64,000 nt of DNA, from the NCBI GenBank assembly GCA_038087875.1, contig CM075988.1, positions 9,674,001-9,738,000 on the forward strand. Reading direction: 5' to 3'. How positions within the stretch are numbered: the first letter of the stretch is position 1; every line of letters begins with the position of its first letter. The stretch comes from Malacoraja senta. Lineage: Eukaryota. Below are positions 62,893 through 64,000 of this stretch, one piece after another. Made by a program: the position numbers and the translations under genes. Under the pieces are notes generated by a model. It was not told where the DNA came from. It worked only from the letters and a program-made list of their open reading frames with translations, and made no database searches.

Positions 62893-63126
62893 TCCTCATC
62901 TGGCAATCAGACCCGTATCCACCAATCACTTGCCTGGCTTTACCCTCACTACTATTTTCCATCGTTCACACCCTAACTCAAGAAGGGCTGGGACCCAAAA
63001 CTTGCCTGTCCATTCCATCCACTGATGCTGCCTGACCTGCTGAGTTCTTTAGCACTTTGTATTTTGATTACATACTTGCTCTTAAAATGCATTCTACCCC
63101 ATTGAAAGTCCTACACTACCACTTAC

Positions 63127-63213
63127 GGTTGGAGAGTAAAATTATATTATTATTCTCTCCACGATATGTGTGGGCAAAAAAATTCAATGCCTCATTGCGA
63201 CTGGTTGCGTTGG
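63127..63213 (-). CDS. Candidate internal coding exon (NATSRNEALNFFAHTYRGENNNIILLSN)
   Basis: Acceptor atatctgcag, consensus donor gtaagt, 87 nt symmetric phase 1, only one open frame. Confidence 0.4.
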
Positions 63214-64000
63214 CTGCAGATATGGACACATTTAGGAACAAAAGGATCCATAAGACAAAGCTAACAGCATATCATTTTAGAGCCAGTTTCTGAAGAGAGG
63301 TAACTGCTCCAGTACATCATGTCCAGTGAGATTCAAATTGGGAGCTGGATGAATGTTGATATTTAATTGATTAGTCATTGATCCCATCTCCACAGTGTTT
63401 CCAGATCATAGGCTCTTCAATTTTTTTTCTTCTTTTTCATCTGCACTTTCTCTGTAACACTATATTCTGCACATGTACCTCTCTCATGGTTTGATTCTAC
63501 TTATGTGTCTTATGATTTGCCTGGAGAGCACAGAAAACAGAGTCTTTCACGGTATCTAGGTCGATGTGACTTTCACAAACTAATACCAAGATGTGTCACT
63601 ATGGAAACTCTGTATTTCTGTGGTCACAGCTTGGCTTTTGTGGACATGATACTCGGAGCAGACGACCTAACAGAAACATGCAGCGTCTCCCACAACTATA
63701 CTCGGATTTTGTATCCTTACATACTGATACTGTCCATTAACATAACCTTAGATAGTAAAACATGAAATGACTAACACTGAGGCAACAGATCACATAATTT
63801 GAAATAGCTGGATAATTATTGTTAATACATTACTGTCGTTTTGTAAGTCAAATTCCAACTGAAACTCATCACTTTCCACAAAACTTTTCGAATGAATTCA
63901 TTCTTTGTTTTTCTTCATCTCCCAATAAATGATTAGAAGTGAGGAACAAGTTATGAATATTAATATGATTGAATTATTGGAGTATAGGAGACTGGAGTAT

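Overview
Eukaryotic, repeat-dense vertebrate DNA, most likely from a cartilaginous fish such as a skate or ray (inferred from HE1-like V-SINEs and HER1-like CR1 LINE tails). There are no prokaryotic genes, rRNA, tRNA genes or CRISPR arrays. Main elements: three divergent DIRS1-type tyrosine-recombinase retrotransposons with intact ITR/ICR ends (21.5-24.6 kb, 39.7-46.8 kb with a nested L2, and 50.1-55.0 kb); a 5'-truncated L1 with a target-site duplication; an RTE-X-like LINE; a non-autonomous Helitron; six or seven PIF/Harbinger-type MITEs; many Penelope-type short repeats carrying minimal hammerhead-ribozyme motifs; V-SINEs; CR1, Rex1 and RTE fragments; and a family of GC-rich non-coding retroposons. 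The window probably lies in the introns of an unidentified minus-strand gene (two phase-compatible exons at 10.0-10.5 kb, further candidates elsewhere). The most interesting inference is that the DIRS elements share positional splice signals that would join the pol start codon in frame to the recombinase ORF, and that all three integrated at an ATT core. Family assignments come from motif recognition, not database searches.
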